A stretch of 64,000 nucleotides of DNA from a bacterium (lineage in GTDB: Bacteria; Zhuqueibacterota; Zhuqueibacteria; Residuimicrobiales; Krinioviventaceae). Where the stretch lies: positions 5,376,001-5,440,000 of the forward strand of contig OY843751.1 in assembly GCA_963693055.1 (NCBI GenBank), in the 5' to 3' direction. Shown here in pieces: positions 28,224 through 38,683 of the stretch (positions are counted from its first letter, which is position 1; each line of letters begins with the position of its first letter). The notes under the pieces are model-generated. The model was given only the letters and a program-made list of their open reading frames with translations. It was not told where the DNA came from and made no database searches. The position numbers and the translations under genes were made by a program.

Positions 28224-29696
28224 ATGCATATATCCCTTCGTAGAAAATTAATATATCTTACCTTGTCGTTACTATTTTTTGTAACCGTAGCGGCAAGTAT
28301 TATTTCTACAATTGAAATACAAAGATATTATCGCCACAAGATCCTTGAACAAATGAGTACCCAGCTCAAAGAGCTCGAATACCTTTTGGCAAACACTGAT
28401 ATTGGAGTCAAAGGATCCAAAGAGTACTCTAAACTTGATGGATATGCAGAACAAGCCGGAATTCGTATTACTTTTATAGATTCTACCGGCAAAGTAATTT
28501 ATGATTCACAGGTTTCTCAAGACTCGTTAACAAATCTTGAAAACCATTTAAATCGTCCCGAAATCCAAATGGCAGACGCTCATATTGTCGGATACGACAA
28601 ACGTCTTTCTGCAACCATCCACGAATCCATGTTTTATACTTCCCAGGAATATACGCATAAAGAAGGCGAATCAAACTTTCTAAACCGCATCCACTATATT
28701 CGGTTGGCAGTTTTACTCAGAGAAATTGATGATGTATTAAAAGCGCTCAGATGGAAAATAACCGTTGGGGGTGCTATTGCGCTTCTCATTATAGCAATTG
28801 TAAGTTATTATATATCCAGCAGAATGACATACCCCATCCACAGAATGGCCCAGGTCGCCGAATCCATAAAAAAAGGCAACATGGAAGCAAGGTTTGAGCA
28901 CACTTCGAATGATGAGATTGGAGACCTTGCGGGGCTGCTGAATGAAATGATGGATAAGCTTCAGGAAGACCTGATCTACCTCCGCAAGCTGGAACGAATG
29001 CGCAGTCAGTTTCTTGGCAATGTATCGCACGAGTTGCGAACTCCTATTTTTGCGGTCCAGGGCTATTTAGAAACCTTGATGGCTACTAAAAACTTTGATC
29101 CCAAAGTTCAGCGAAAGTTCATCAAAAAGACCTATCGGCAGGCCGTTCGGCTCAATAATCTTTTAACCGATTTAATAGAAATCTCACGCATTGAATCCGG
29201 TGAGATGAAAATGAGCTTTGAATCTTTTGATGTTCGAAAATGGCTTAAAAAAATTGTCAAAGACCTTCAGGAAACGGCCAAAGACAGTAACGTAACCCTG
29301 TCATTCCTGAAAAGCACTCAAGAACCTGTATTTGTGATGGGAGATAAAACCCGCCTTAAACAGGTTGTAACAAATCTGACAGAAAACGCAATTAAATACA
29401 ATCTTGAAAATGGCCAGGTCACTGTGGGTTATACAGTACAGGACGACAAGGTAACAATATTTGTTTCTGATACAGGGCGCGGTATTGCACAGGAACATTT
29501 ATCCAGAATTTTTGAGCGATTTTATCGGGTAGACAAGGAAAGATCTCGTGATGTGGGCGGTACGGGTTTAGGTCTGGCAATTGTTAAGCATATTGTAGAG
29601 GCACACTCGAGTGTTATTCAAGTCACCAGTAAGGAAGAAAAAGGCTCTACCTTTAGTTTTACATTAAATATTGCAGAATCACAAGAAACAGTATAA
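28224..29696 (+). CDS. phoR: Sensor histidine kinase PhoR
   Basis: ENHLNRPEI periplasmic motif, HAMP, NVSHELRTP, NAIKYN, RIFERFYRVDKERSR..GGTGLGLAIVKH. Confidence 0.87.
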   Translation: MHISLRRKLIYLTLSLLFFVTVAASIISTIEIQRYYRHKILEQMSTQLKELEYLLANTDIGVKGSKEYSKLDGYAEQAGIRITFIDSTGKVIYDSQVSQDSLTNLENHLNRPEIQMADAHIVGYDKRLSATIHESMFYTSQEYTHKEGESNFLNRIHYIRLAVLLREIDDVLKALRWKITVGGAIALLIIAIVSYYISSRMTYPIHRMAQVAESIKKGNMEARFEHTSNDEIGDLAGLLNEMMDKLQEDLIYLRKLERMRSQFLGNVSHELRTPIFAVQGYLETLMATKNFDPKVQRKFIKKTYRQAVRLNNLLTDLIEISRIESGEMKMSFESFDVRKWLKKIVKDLQETAKDSNVTLSFLKSTQEPVFVMGDKTRLKQVVTNLTENAIKYNLENGQVTVGYTVQDDKVTIFVSDTGRGIAQEHLSRIFERFYRVDKERSRDVGGTGLGLAIVKHIVEAHSSVIQVTSKEEKGSTFSFTLNIAESQETV

Positions 29697-29697
29697 T

Positions 29698-30780
29698 ATG
29701 AGTAATTCAATCAATGAAAAAATTGCCATTGCAATGAGCGGTGGCGTAGACAGCTCGGTTGCGGCAGTCCTCTTGAGCGAACAAGGCCATTCCGTTTTTG
29801 GTATCACCATGATCCATTATGATTCTCAATGTCATCGCGACAAACAAGCTGTTGAGGATGCACAAAAAGTGTGTCAAACCCTGGGTATAGACCACCATGT
29901 CATTGAAATCAAAAAAGAATTCAGACAAAGTGTGATTGATGATTTTATCAATGAATATATGGCAGGAAGAACACCAAACCCATGCGTGCGTTGTAATCCC
30001 CGGATCAAATGGGGCCATATTTTAGATAAATCATTGAAACTGGGCGCCGATGCCTTTGCCACAGGACATTATTGCCGCATTACCTTTAATCCGGATAGCA
30101 ACAGATTCATTCTTTCCAAAGCAGCCCATCAACACAAAGACCAGTCATATGCGCTGTGGGCATTATCGCAGGAGCAGCTTAAAAACACCCGATTCCCCCT
30201 GAGCGGCTTGACAAAACCAGAGGTCCGCGATCTTGCCGCAAAAGCCGGTCTGGTCATCTCCGAAAAACAGGAAAGTCAGGAAATCTGCTTTATAGAAGAT
30301 GATGATTACAAACGATTCTTAAATGAAGAGCTGGCTGCTCAGGGACGTACCATTTCTGAAGGTAATATATTAGACATGGACAATAACATTCTGGGCAAAC
30401 ACAAAGGTTATCCTTTTTATACTATAGGTCAGCGTAAAGGATTAGGCATTGCCGTTGGACGCCCCATCTATGTGACTGAAATTAACGCTGAAAACAATAC
30501 TATACGTATTGGCGATAAAAAAGACCTGCTGTCTGCAGGTTTAATCGCCACTGATGCGAACTGGATAAGCGTCAAGGCTCCCGAGCCTGGCACCCAGGTG
30601 ATTGCCCATATCCGCTATAACGATCCCGGATTTCCGGCTGTAATCACCAATTGCAATTCTGACAGCTTTGAAATAAAATTTAAGCAGCCCCGCGCTTCTG
30701 TAACACCGGGGCAATCCGTAGTCCTTTACATTAATGACCAACTCTATGGTGGCGGCATAATCAATAAACCTGTAAATTGA
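29698..30780 (+). CDS. mnmA: tRNA-specific 2-thiouridylase
   Basis: AMSGGVDSS, TPNPCVRCN, ATGHY, KDQSY, ESQEICF, TIGQRKGLG, VTPGQ. Confidence 0.97.
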   Translation: MSNSINEKIAIAMSGGVDSSVAAVLLSEQGHSVFGITMIHYDSQCHRDKQAVEDAQKVCQTLGIDHHVIEIKKEFRQSVIDDFINEYMAGRTPNPCVRCNPRIKWGHILDKSLKLGADAFATGHYCRITFNPDSNRFILSKAAHQHKDQSYALWALSQEQLKNTRFPLSGLTKPEVRDLAAKAGLVISEKQESQEICFIEDDDYKRFLNEELAAQGRTISEGNILDMDNNILGKHKGYPFYTIGQRKGLGIAVGRPIYVTEINAENNTIRIGDKKDLLSAGLIATDANWISVKAPEPGTQVIAHIRYNDPGFPAVITNCNSDSFEIKFKQPRASVTPGQSVVLYINDQLYGGGIINKPVN

Positions 30781-30791
30781 GGAGACGATTT

Positions 30792-31991
30792 GTGAAAATT
30801 TTTAAACCTATTTTTATCATTATTACTGTAATGTTTATTTCTTGTTCCTCCTACCAGTCTCAACACGAGATCAAGCTAAATGCCGGCAATATCGATCGGC
30901 CCGAGTCTCCCATGTATACGGATGTTTTGTTGCCAGCGGTTACTCCCAATTTACCGGTTTGCTTGTCTGATGGTAAAAGTAAAATTCCCGGGCAGTTGGA
31001 AAATATTGGTGGTGGCTTTGCCAGAGTTTGGTGGATGCAGCCTGCAATGAAAGCGGGTGAAACCCAAAACTGGACCATCTTTATTGGCCGGTCTTGTGCC
31101 GATACACGGTATCAATGGACTGACGATGAGAACGGTACTACAAAATTAATGTACAAAGATACACCGGTTATGGAATATATCTACAAAGCTTTTGATCCAC
31201 AAAATCCGGATGCAAATCAAAAACCCTATCACCAGGTTTACTCGCCTGATGGCTCTCAATTGATCACCAAAGGGGAAGGCGGACTCTACCCGCATCATCG
31301 AGGTATCTTTTTCGGCTATCGCAATGTCAGTATTGGTGACAGCCTGTACAACCTTTGGGCATCACTCGATGGAGATTACACGGAACACCAGTCATTTATC
31401 AGCTACAGTGTTGGGCCAGTCTTTGGCGGACATTCAGTGAGCATTGACTGGATAACCCGTAACAATGAAACTATTATGACCGAAGTACGCACCGTACGTG
31501 CCTTTAAAACACAAGACGGATCAAACTTGATTGATTTTGAATCTTCTCTTGAATCACTTGATGGATTGGTTAAACTCGGAGGTGACCGTCAGCATGCGGG
31601 TGTTCAGTTCCGCGCCGCACAATATGTTGCTGATCATAAGCAAGATACACGCTACTTACGTCCGCAAGGCTGGGACCAACTCCCGGCAGATCAGGAAATT
31701 AATGATGAAGCCCATGTAGACCTGCCCTGGAATGCCCTACAGTATTCTGTAGATACACAAGCATATACGGTGGTTTACATGTCTGCTCCTTCGAACCCCG
31801 GTCCTGCAGATTTTTCTGAACGCAAATATGGAAGGTTTGGAGAATACATTCCCTTTAACCTGGTACCCCAAGATCCATTAAAGCTCAATTATCGTTTCTG
31901 GATTCTTGACGGATTCAATAAACCACGAGAAACCATTAACAAAATGTACAAAACAATAGGTGAACCCATTACCATAGAAACTTTTGATTGA
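30792..31991 (+). CDS. Lipoprotein with PmoA-family/DUF6807 (putative sugar-binding) domain
   Basis: GTG 30792 after GAGGAG; lipobox FISC; KPYHQVY, PHHRGIFFG, GVQFRA. Confidence 0.65.
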   Translation: MKIFKPIFIIITVMFISCSSYQSQHEIKLNAGNIDRPESPMYTDVLLPAVTPNLPVCLSDGKSKIPGQLENIGGGFARVWWMQPAMKAGETQNWTIFIGRSCADTRYQWTDDENGTTKLMYKDTPVMEYIYKAFDPQNPDANQKPYHQVYSPDGSQLITKGEGGLYPHHRGIFFGYRNVSIGDSLYNLWASLDGDYTEHQSFISYSVGPVFGGHSVSIDWITRNNETIMTEVRTVRAFKTQDGSNLIDFESSLESLDGLVKLGGDRQHAGVQFRAAQYVADHKQDTRYLRPQGWDQLPADQEINDEAHVDLPWNALQYSVDTQAYTVVYMSAPSNPGPADFSERKYGRFGEYIPFNLVPQDPLKLNYRFWILDGFNKPRETINKMYKTIGEPITIETFD

Positions 31992-32045
31992 TTGATGCAT
32001 TAAAAAATAAATAATAGATAGAGCAGTAACGAAAGAGGTCGGGAA

Positions 32046-33089
32046 ATGAATAAAGTTGAAAAGACATTAAAAATCACAATTACTGTTTTTCTTTTATTAC
32101 TTTTCACTACCAGCGCATTTTCTCAAAGGGGCACAAAATATAGAAATCCCATGGGTACCATAACCCATATCGGTGATCCCTTTGTTTTAAAGCAGGGTGA
32201 TTTGTATTACATGTACTGTACTTCTGTGCAAGCCCGTGGATTTAAAGTTTTTGTATCAACAAATTTGATGCAATGGATTGATGCCGGTTTGGCGTATGAC
32301 ATACTATCGCAAAACAATCAATGGGCTGATGAGGCTTTCTGGGCTCCCGAAGTCGTTTTTTATAATAACAAATACTATATGACCTACAGTGCACGCGACA
32401 AAAAAGACGACAAACTGAAACTGTGCCTTGCTGTCAGTCATGACCCGCTGGGCCCCTTTAACGATCTATACACACCTCTAATCCAAAACGAACAGAGCTG
32501 TATTGACGGTCACTTTTACTTTGATGACGATGGCACCCCCTATCTTTACTACGCTTTGGATTGTTCAGACAATATAATCAATGGTAATCATGTCAGTCAG
32601 ATCTGGGCACAAAAAATGTCAAAAGAGGATCTCAAACCCATTGGCAAGCCCACATTGTGTATCTCTCCTTCGCAAGAATGGGAACATCCGGATGCGGAAT
32701 GGCAATGGAACGAAGGCCCCTTTGTATTAAAACATGATGGAGTTTATTACCTCATGTATTCAGCAAATTATTTTGCCAGCTCCGATTACTCCATTGGTTA
32801 TGCTACATCCAGCTCCCCTACTGGTCCCTGGGAAAAATATGATCAAAATCCTGTGCTCAAATCCAATCTTGACATAGGCGCTTCAGGCCCCGGCCATAAC
32901 AGTGTAACCGTCTCCCCCGATGGATCAGAAATGTTTATCATCTATCACACCCATACGGATCCTGCAAACCCATCCGGTAATCGAACACCAAACCTTGACC
33001 GGATGTATTTTGAAAATGGTGTACTGCATATAAACGGACCAACACGTACCTGGCAGAAATTCCCCTCGGGTGCTGTCATGAGTAAATAA
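32046..33089 (+). CDS. Glycoside hydrolase family 43
   Basis: GDPFVL, FWAPEV, CIDGH, NEGP, YSAN, GPGHNS; signal peptide. Confidence 0.93.
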   Translation: MNKVEKTLKITITVFLLLLFTTSAFSQRGTKYRNPMGTITHIGDPFVLKQGDLYYMYCTSVQARGFKVFVSTNLMQWIDAGLAYDILSQNNQWADEAFWAPEVVFYNNKYYMTYSARDKKDDKLKLCLAVSHDPLGPFNDLYTPLIQNEQSCIDGHFYFDDDGTPYLYYALDCSDNIINGNHVSQIWAQKMSKEDLKPIGKPTLCISPSQEWEHPDAEWQWNEGPFVLKHDGVYYLMYSANYFASSDYSIGYATSSSPTGPWEKYDQNPVLKSNLDIGASGPGHNSVTVSPDGSEMFIIYHTHTDPANPSGNRTPNLDRMYFENGVLHINGPTRTWQKFPSGAVMSK

Positions 33090-33095
33090 AACGAT

Positions 33096-33125
33096 AAAAG
33101 CAGGGTAAATATACCCTGCTTTTTT
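33096..33125 (+). terminator. Intrinsic terminator after GH43
   Basis: AAAAGCAGGGTA-aata-TACCCTGCTTTTTT. Confidence 0.85.
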
Positions 33126-33218
33126 AATGTCAAATTTTATGAAATAACAAAACCCATTTCTCTGTTTTCTTTTTATTAAAAAAATGAATATAAAAAGTTA
33201 TAATGAAAAGGAAAAACA

Positions 33219-33419
33219 ATGAATTCAGAAACTGTAATCAAAATCAGAGAAAATCGCTCATACCTGGTAGAAGGTGAGGTCAAGCTTGTTCACCCGGACG
33301 GCAGTGAAGAAATTAGAAAAGGCCCCATCTACCTCTGCAGTTGCAACCGCTCAGCTACCAAACCCTTTTGCGATGGAACACACAAGAAACCACTTACCCC
33401 ACAGGTTGACGAACTATAG
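33219..33419 (+). CDS. CDGSH iron-sulfur domain protein
   Basis: LCSCNRSATKPFCDGTH. Confidence 0.9.
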   Translation: MNSETVIKIRENRSYLVEGEVKLVHPDGSEEIRKGPIYLCSCNRSATKPFCDGTHKKPLTPQVDEL

Positions 33420-34002
33420 TCTTCATTTTAACAGGATCTGCCTTGCGAGGATCACTGAGATAAATTTCATGATGTTTTCCTCTCCGTTCTAATCCCTGTT
33501 GATCAATAAAGTCATGTAATCGTTGAATGGTAGGAGCTTCTTCCGCATATGGCCCAATATGCATGATGTGCGCAGATTTTCCTTCATTATAGTCCTTGAA
33601 ATAAACCTGGTCTAAAGCAATAGGGTCTTTTTTCTTTCGCACCGCCTCCACAGCATCCGTAAATAAATCCGGGGTTACCTTTTCAGGCTGCATGATCATC
33701 AATGTCCATTTCCAAATATCTTTATTCTCGGGACTGAATTCTCTCATATCATCTGTCCACCACAAGCCTTCAAGTGGAGGTACAACATAATCATATTCTA
33801 AATTATTTTTCAGGTGAAATTTAATATAGTAAGACAAACTGTAGAGCGCTTCAATAGCATCCTGAAATATTTTGACTTTATTGGGATCCCCCTCAGCATC
33901 CACCATCAGGTAATTCATTGATGGAACATCTACTATAGTACAAACTTTGGCAGATGGAGCATAGAGCAAATTGAGTTCTTTTTTAAAATCTATCTTTTTC
34001 AT
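33394..34002 (-). CDS. GyrI-like small-molecule-binding domain protein
   Basis: KIDFKKE, YVVPPLEGLWW, WTLMIMQP, HIGPY, HHEIYLSDPR, KTIVRQPV. Confidence 0.88.
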   Translation of the reverse strand: MKKIDFKKELNLLYAPSAKVCTIVDVPSMNYLMVDAEGDPNKVKIFQDAIEALYSLSYYIKFHLKNNLEYDYVVPPLEGLWWTDDMREFSPENKDIWKWTLMIMQPEKVTPDLFTDAVEAVRKKKDPIALDQVYFKDYNEGKSAHIMHIGPYAEEAPTIQRLHDFIDQQGLERRGKHHEIYLSDPRKADPVKMKTIVRQPVG

Positions 34003-34030
34003 TTCACCAATGCCCTTTATTTAATCAACA

Positions 34031-34921
34031 TTAACAGCGAAACATGCACGCTCTGTCACTAAAGCCAATTTCAAAGGTTTCATGCTCTATATGATATCTT
34101 TTTACGATTTCTCGTGCACGTGCCTTGAGTGTTTCAATCTCAGTTCGTGGAATGGTATCCTCAATTCCAAGATGTGCGGATAAAATATGAAACTCGCCAT
34201 CAAGAGACCAAATATGCACATCGCTTACAGACCGAACACCCTCAATACCGGACAGTTCATCAATCAGACCATTTATATCTACATCAGAGGGTATGGCTTG
34301 TAAAAACACACCCACAATCTGTTTAAAATTTTTGAACACATTCCACAAAATAAAAGCAGCTATCCCCATAGACAAAAGCGGATCAAGAAACGTCCAGTCA
34401 AAGAAATAGATTAACAGGCTGCCAACCAATACGGCAATCCATCCCAAAACATCTTCCAGCAGATGCAGTTTTACCATGCGTTCATTAACAGAACTACCTT
34501 TGTGTAATCTTAAAATGGCAATGCCATTAAATAAAATACCCAGAATTGCCAATCCCAACATTCCGAGTGAATGCACAGGCTCAGGATCAAGCAAACGCGG
34601 TATGGCTTCACGAATAATAAAAACAGAACCCGCAAACAATACAAATGAATTTACCAAAGCTGAAATTAGAGAAAACCTGCGGTAACCATATGTATATTGT
34701 TCATCGGCTGATTTTTTGGAAAAATTTTGAAAATACCAGGATAACCCGATTGAAAGAGAATCCCCAAAATCATGTAATGCGTCAGAAAGAATAGCCATAG
34801 AATTGGTCAACAGGCCACCAACCAACTCTAAAAGAGAAAACAAAAAGTTCAAAAAAAACGCGATTTTTAAATTCTTGATATCGTCATTATGTGTATGTGA
34901 GTGATGATGTTGATGATCCAT
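34031..34921 (-). CDS. Cation diffusion facilitator (Zn/Co/Cd efflux, CzcD/ZitB-like)
   Basis: His-rich N-terminus, SDALHD, TYGYRR, LHLLED, DVHIWS. Confidence 0.92.
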   Translation of the reverse strand: MDHQHHHSHTHNDDIKNLKIAFFLNFLFSLLELVGGLLTNSMAILSDALHDFGDSLSIGLSWYFQNFSKKSADEQYTYGYRRFSLISALVNSFVLFAGSVFIIREAIPRLLDPEPVHSLGMLGLAILGILFNGIAILRLHKGSSVNERMVKLHLLEDVLGWIAVLVGSLLIYFFDWTFLDPLLSMGIAAFILWNVFKNFKQIVGVFLQAIPSDVDINGLIDELSGIEGVRSVSDVHIWSLDGEFHILSAHLGIEDTIPRTEIETLKARAREIVKRYHIEHETFEIGFSDRACMFRC

Positions 34922-34925
34922 ATGA

Positions 34926-37067
34926 TTACAATCCCATTAACATGCCTGCATTATAGATTACAAATGAAACAATCCATGCAATTGCCGTCTGAAATACTAT
35001 GGAAAATGTCATCCATTTTGCACCAATTTCCCGCTTAATCGCTACTACACTGGCAATGCATGCAGTATATAACAAGATAAACACCAGGAATGTGTATGCT
35101 GCAAGTGGAGTAATTTCGCTGTTTTTCAATTTTTCAGAAAGGCTGGTTGTTGGCTCATCACTGGGCTCCACCTGGTACAACACACCCAAAGTAGAAACAA
35201 CCACTTCTTTTGCGGCAAAACCGGTAAACAAAGCAACACTCATCTGCCAGTTGAAACCCAGCGGTTTAAAGACCGGCTCCACACCTTGACCAATGCGCCC
35301 GATGAACGAGTATTCCAACTCGGCAGCTCTTTTTTCTTTGATTAACGAGTCCAGTTTTTGTACATCAAGCGGTGTTTGTTGTTTTAATGTCTCAATTTTT
35401 TGATCATATTGGGCGGTCAATTTTTCGCTCTTGGGAAAATAGCCCAATGCCCATAAAATTACAGATGCTATCAGTATAACACCACTCATTTTTTTGAGAT
35501 ACAGTTTACTTTTTTCCCACATATGTATGACTACGGATTTTAAAGTAGGCCAGCGATACGGAGGCAATTCCATTACAAAAGGTATGCTCTCTGTCTTAAC
35601 CATAGTCCGTTGTAATATTCGCGCAACTATGATAGCAAAGACAATACCCAATATATACATGGAAAAGACCACATGCCCGGCCCTTTTCTCAAAAAAAGTA
35701 CCGGCAATAAGAATATACACTGGCAGCTTGGCACTGCAAGACACCATGGGTAAAAGCAGCGTAGTCAAGATCCTGTCTCGGGGAGATTCAAGTGTGCGGG
35801 TAGCCATAATAGCGGGTACGGTACATCCAAACCCCATCAGCATAGGAATAAAGGATTTTCCATGAAGTCCTAAAAAATGCATGGGCTTATCAGTCAAAAA
35901 TGCCGCGCGTGCCATATAGCCGGAATCTTCAAGCAAAGAAATTCCCAGGAACAAAATTACAATATTGGGTAAAAATACAATAACTGAACCCACACCGCCA
36001 ACAATACCTTCAACCACCAGATCCACAACAGGGCCATGAGGCAAAATACTTGTTAATAATAGCTGTAATTGAGAGATCCCGGTCTCGAACCACATCTGGG
36101 GATATTCACCCAAAGTAAAAGTAGCATAAAAGATCAACCACATAAATATTAAAAATAAAGGATACCCCAAAAGCGGATGGGTAAGAAAGTTGTCGATCTG
36201 GGTAGACAACCACATGCGGTTAAAACTCTTTTTCTTTGCTACCTCCCGAACCACTCCGGCAACAAATCCCATTCGTCCTTCCTCAATGGCAAACTCGGGA
36301 TCTGATGATGTGGTAACCTTGATATGTTGAACAGCTTTATCAATTTTATCTTCAAGTGATTTATATTGTTTTAACGTGTCTTGATAAAGGGCCCCAATTT
36401 GTTCATCACGCTCTATAAATTTAACAGCAAGCCAGCGCGAGTTTGCCCCATCCAGATCCAAACCACTTTTTTCTATTTCATCACTGATATCCCGAATCAT
36501 ATCATCAAGCAATGGACCATAAGAGACAGGTGGGTGATGGTGAGTGGCCTGACGGTTTTCATGTAATTCTATCACCGCGTCAAGCAGCTTATTTATTCCT
36601 TTACCGCGGCTGGCAACAGAAGTAACAATCGGGGTTCCCAGCAATACCGATAGTGTGTCCGTATCAATGGCATCACCCGACTTTTCAAGCTCATCCCACA
36701 TATTTAGATCAATGATTACATCCAAACCCATTGCAATCAATTGTGTTGTCAGATACAAACTTCTTTCCAGACATCCACTGTCAATAACATTGATAACAAT
36801 ATCAGGGGATTCATTCAATAAAAAGTCACGGGCAACTTTTTCATCAAGTGATTGAGCGGTAAGGCTGTATGTGCCGGGAAGATCAACAATGTTCAAGTCA
36901 TAACCGTTAAAAACTTTACGGCCTTCTCGTTTTTCTACAGTAACACCTGCAAAGTTGCCTACCTTTTGTCTGGCTCCGGTTAAACCATTAAAGATAGAAG
37001 TCTTGCCGGAATTGGGATTCCCGGCCAAAGCAATTGTAATCGATTTATCTTTCAAGGGGGTCACCAT
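34926..37067 (-). CDS. feoB: Ferrous iron transport protein B
   Basis: GNPNSGKT, GVTVEK, DLPGTYSL, LEDSGYMARAAF, GFGCTVP, ELPPYR, AAKEVVVST. Confidence 0.97.
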   Translation of the reverse strand: MVTPLKDKSITIALAGNPNSGKTSIFNGLTGARQKVGNFAGVTVEKREGRKVFNGYDLNIVDLPGTYSLTAQSLDEKVARDFLLNESPDIVINVIDSGCLERSLYLTTQLIAMGLDVIIDLNMWDELEKSGDAIDTDTLSVLLGTPIVTSVASRGKGINKLLDAVIELHENRQATHHHPPVSYGPLLDDMIRDISDEIEKSGLDLDGANSRWLAVKFIERDEQIGALYQDTLKQYKSLEDKIDKAVQHIKVTTSSDPEFAIEEGRMGFVAGVVREVAKKKSFNRMWLSTQIDNFLTHPLLGYPLFLIFMWLIFYATFTLGEYPQMWFETGISQLQLLLTSILPHGPVVDLVVEGIVGGVGSVIVFLPNIVILFLGISLLEDSGYMARAAFLTDKPMHFLGLHGKSFIPMLMGFGCTVPAIMATRTLESPRDRILTTLLLPMVSCSAKLPVYILIAGTFFEKRAGHVVFSMYILGIVFAIIVARILQRTMVKTESIPFVMELPPYRWPTLKSVVIHMWEKSKLYLKKMSGVILIASVILWALGYFPKSEKLTAQYDQKIETLKQQTPLDVQKLDSLIKEKRAAELEYSFIGRIGQGVEPVFKPLGFNWQMSVALFTGFAAKEVVVSTLGVLYQVEPSDEPTTSLSEKLKNSEITPLAAYTFLVFILLYTACIASVVAIKREIGAKWMTFSIVFQTAIAWIVSFVIYNAGMLMGL

Positions 37068-37290
37068 TAATGAGTTCAACTTTAATCAATGCGGCTTCAC
37101 TTCGTCGAATACTGAGATGCCCTCCCTGCAATGACACTTCAAGAGGATCTTTTAGGGGCGCAGATTTAATCATGGTAACGCTTTGACCTGCTGCAAATCC
37201 CAGCAGCATCAAACGCCTTTTCACATTATCCTTTGCCCTAATTTCTTTAATAATAGCACGTTGTCCAGATATTAACTGTTCTAAATTCAT
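37045..37290 (-). CDS. feoA: Ferrous iron transport protein A
   Basis: RRLMLLG, APLKDP, LSIRRSEA; upstream of feoB. Confidence 0.93.
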   Translation of the reverse strand: MNLEQLISGQRAIIKEIRAKDNVKRRLMLLGFAAGQSVTMIKSAPLKDPLEVSLQGGHLSIRRSEAALIKVELINGDPLER

Positions 37291-37488
37291 AATAATTCAT
37301 TCGTTATTGAAAAAGGGAGTAAATTAACATTTTTTTTGTTAAAAACAAAGTATTTTTTATGTTTGAGCTTTTGTTTTAGTTTATATTTTTTGTAAATTAC
37401 TAAACTATTCATCTCATAAAGATAAAGGCAAGAGAACCCTTGAGCTTTGTGGGCTACTATTACAAACATTTATGAATTGAGAAAACTT

Positions 37489-38007
37489 ATGATTTTATCG
37501 GGGCTTGAAATAAAAAAACATATAAATAAAGAAATCATCATTGATCCTTATTATCCTGAACGGATCAATCCCAACAGCTATAACCTCAGTCTGCATGACG
37601 AGCTCTTGGTTTATGATACGAACGAACTGGACATGAAAAAAATCAACAAGGCAAAACGTATCAATATCCCGGATGAAGGATTTGTTCTGCAACCCAATAT
37701 TCTTTATCTTGGCAGAACCGTTGAATATACGGCCACCGAAAAATTTGTACCCATGCTTGAGGGCAGATCTTCTGTAGGAAGGCTCGGTATGTTTGTGCAC
37801 GTAACTGCTGGCTTTGGAGATGTAGGTTTTAAAGGATACTGGACCCTGGAAATAATCTGTGTTCAGCCCATTAGGATTTATGCCGGAGTTGAAATTTGCC
37901 AAATCTATTATCATACTCTGGAAGGCGATTACCAAACATACACCAGCAATAAATACCAGAATAATAAAGAAGTACAGCCCAGTATGCTTTATAAAGATTT
38001 TGAATAA
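37489..38007 (+). CDS. dcd: dCTP deaminase
   Basis: MILSG, INPNSYNL, EGRSSVGRLG, DVGFKG.WTLEI, ICQIYY, KYQ. Confidence 0.93.
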   Translation: MILSGLEIKKHINKEIIIDPYYPERINPNSYNLSLHDELLVYDTNELDMKKINKAKRINIPDEGFVLQPNILYLGRTVEYTATEKFVPMLEGRSSVGRLGMFVHVTAGFGDVGFKGYWTLEIICVQPIRIYAGVEICQIYYHTLEGDYQTYTSNKYQNNKEVQPSMLYKDFE

Positions 38008-38011
38008 AAGA

Positions 38012-38683
38012 TCAGGAACCGGAATTCAATTCTTCCTGAAAGTGGGCAACTTCGGTTTGAGTATAATGGGATTTTTCAACAAGATCGGGGTTTATAATCT
38101 TTTCAGAAGGGTGAAAATATTGCAAAATGTAGGGTGAATCTTTTAAATATGCTTTAATTGTTTTTGCATCGTCAAATTCTATCAGATCCTTTACCAGCGT
38201 TGTTCTGAACATGTGCTCAACACCTGCCCCTTTGATGATCTCAATAGACTGTTTTACAAGATCTGTGTTTACATCTGTTCCCGCGGCTTCTGAATATTTT
38301 TCAAATGTTGATTTAATATCCATTGCAACAAAATCCAGCAACTTTTTATCTAAAAGCTCTTTAATCACATTGGGGTACGAACCGTTTGTATCCAGCTTAA
38401 CCAGAAAACCCAATGCCTTGACATTTTCTATAAACGAACCCAAATCTGCCTGCATAGCCGGCTCTCCTCCCGTAATCACCACACCATCAAGATGTTTGGT
38501 ACGTTTATTTAGAAACGAAAAAATTTCATCTTCGGGAATGAGAGGACTAAACCGGTCTGGTAAAACCAGTTCAGAATTGTGACAAAAGGGGCATCTAAAA
38601 TTACAACCCCGGGTAAACACAACGGCTGATAATTTACCCGGGTAATCTATTAAAGAAATCCGTTGAAAACCTCCGATTTTCAT
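38012..38683 (-). CDS. nrdG: Anaerobic ribonucleotide reductase activating enzyme (radical SAM)
   Basis: SLIDYPG, GCNFRCPFCHN, GVVITGGEP, KLDTNGS; overlaps the nrdD stop. Confidence 0.95.
   Translation of the reverse strand: MKIGGFQRISLIDYPGKLSAVVFTRGCNFRCPFCHNSELVLPDRFSPLIPEDEIFSFLNKRTKHLDGVVITGGEPAMQADLGSFIENVKALGFLVKLDTNGSYPNVIKELLDKKLLDFVAMDIKSTFEKYSEAAGTDVNTDLVKQSIEIIKGAGVEHMFRTTLVKDLIEFDDAKTIKAYLKDSPYILQYFHPSEKIINPDLVEKSHYTQTEVAHFQEELNSGS

Noticed and set aside
30792-31991. PmoA-family label suggesting methane monooxygenase
   Set aside because: A soluble lipoprotein next to GH43 with no pmoCAB context; the family name is misleading
37377-37407. TAGTTTA-N17-TAAACTA upstream of feoA as a metal-regulator box
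   Set aside because: Short, in very AT-rich DNA, and a poor match to Fur or DtxR consensus
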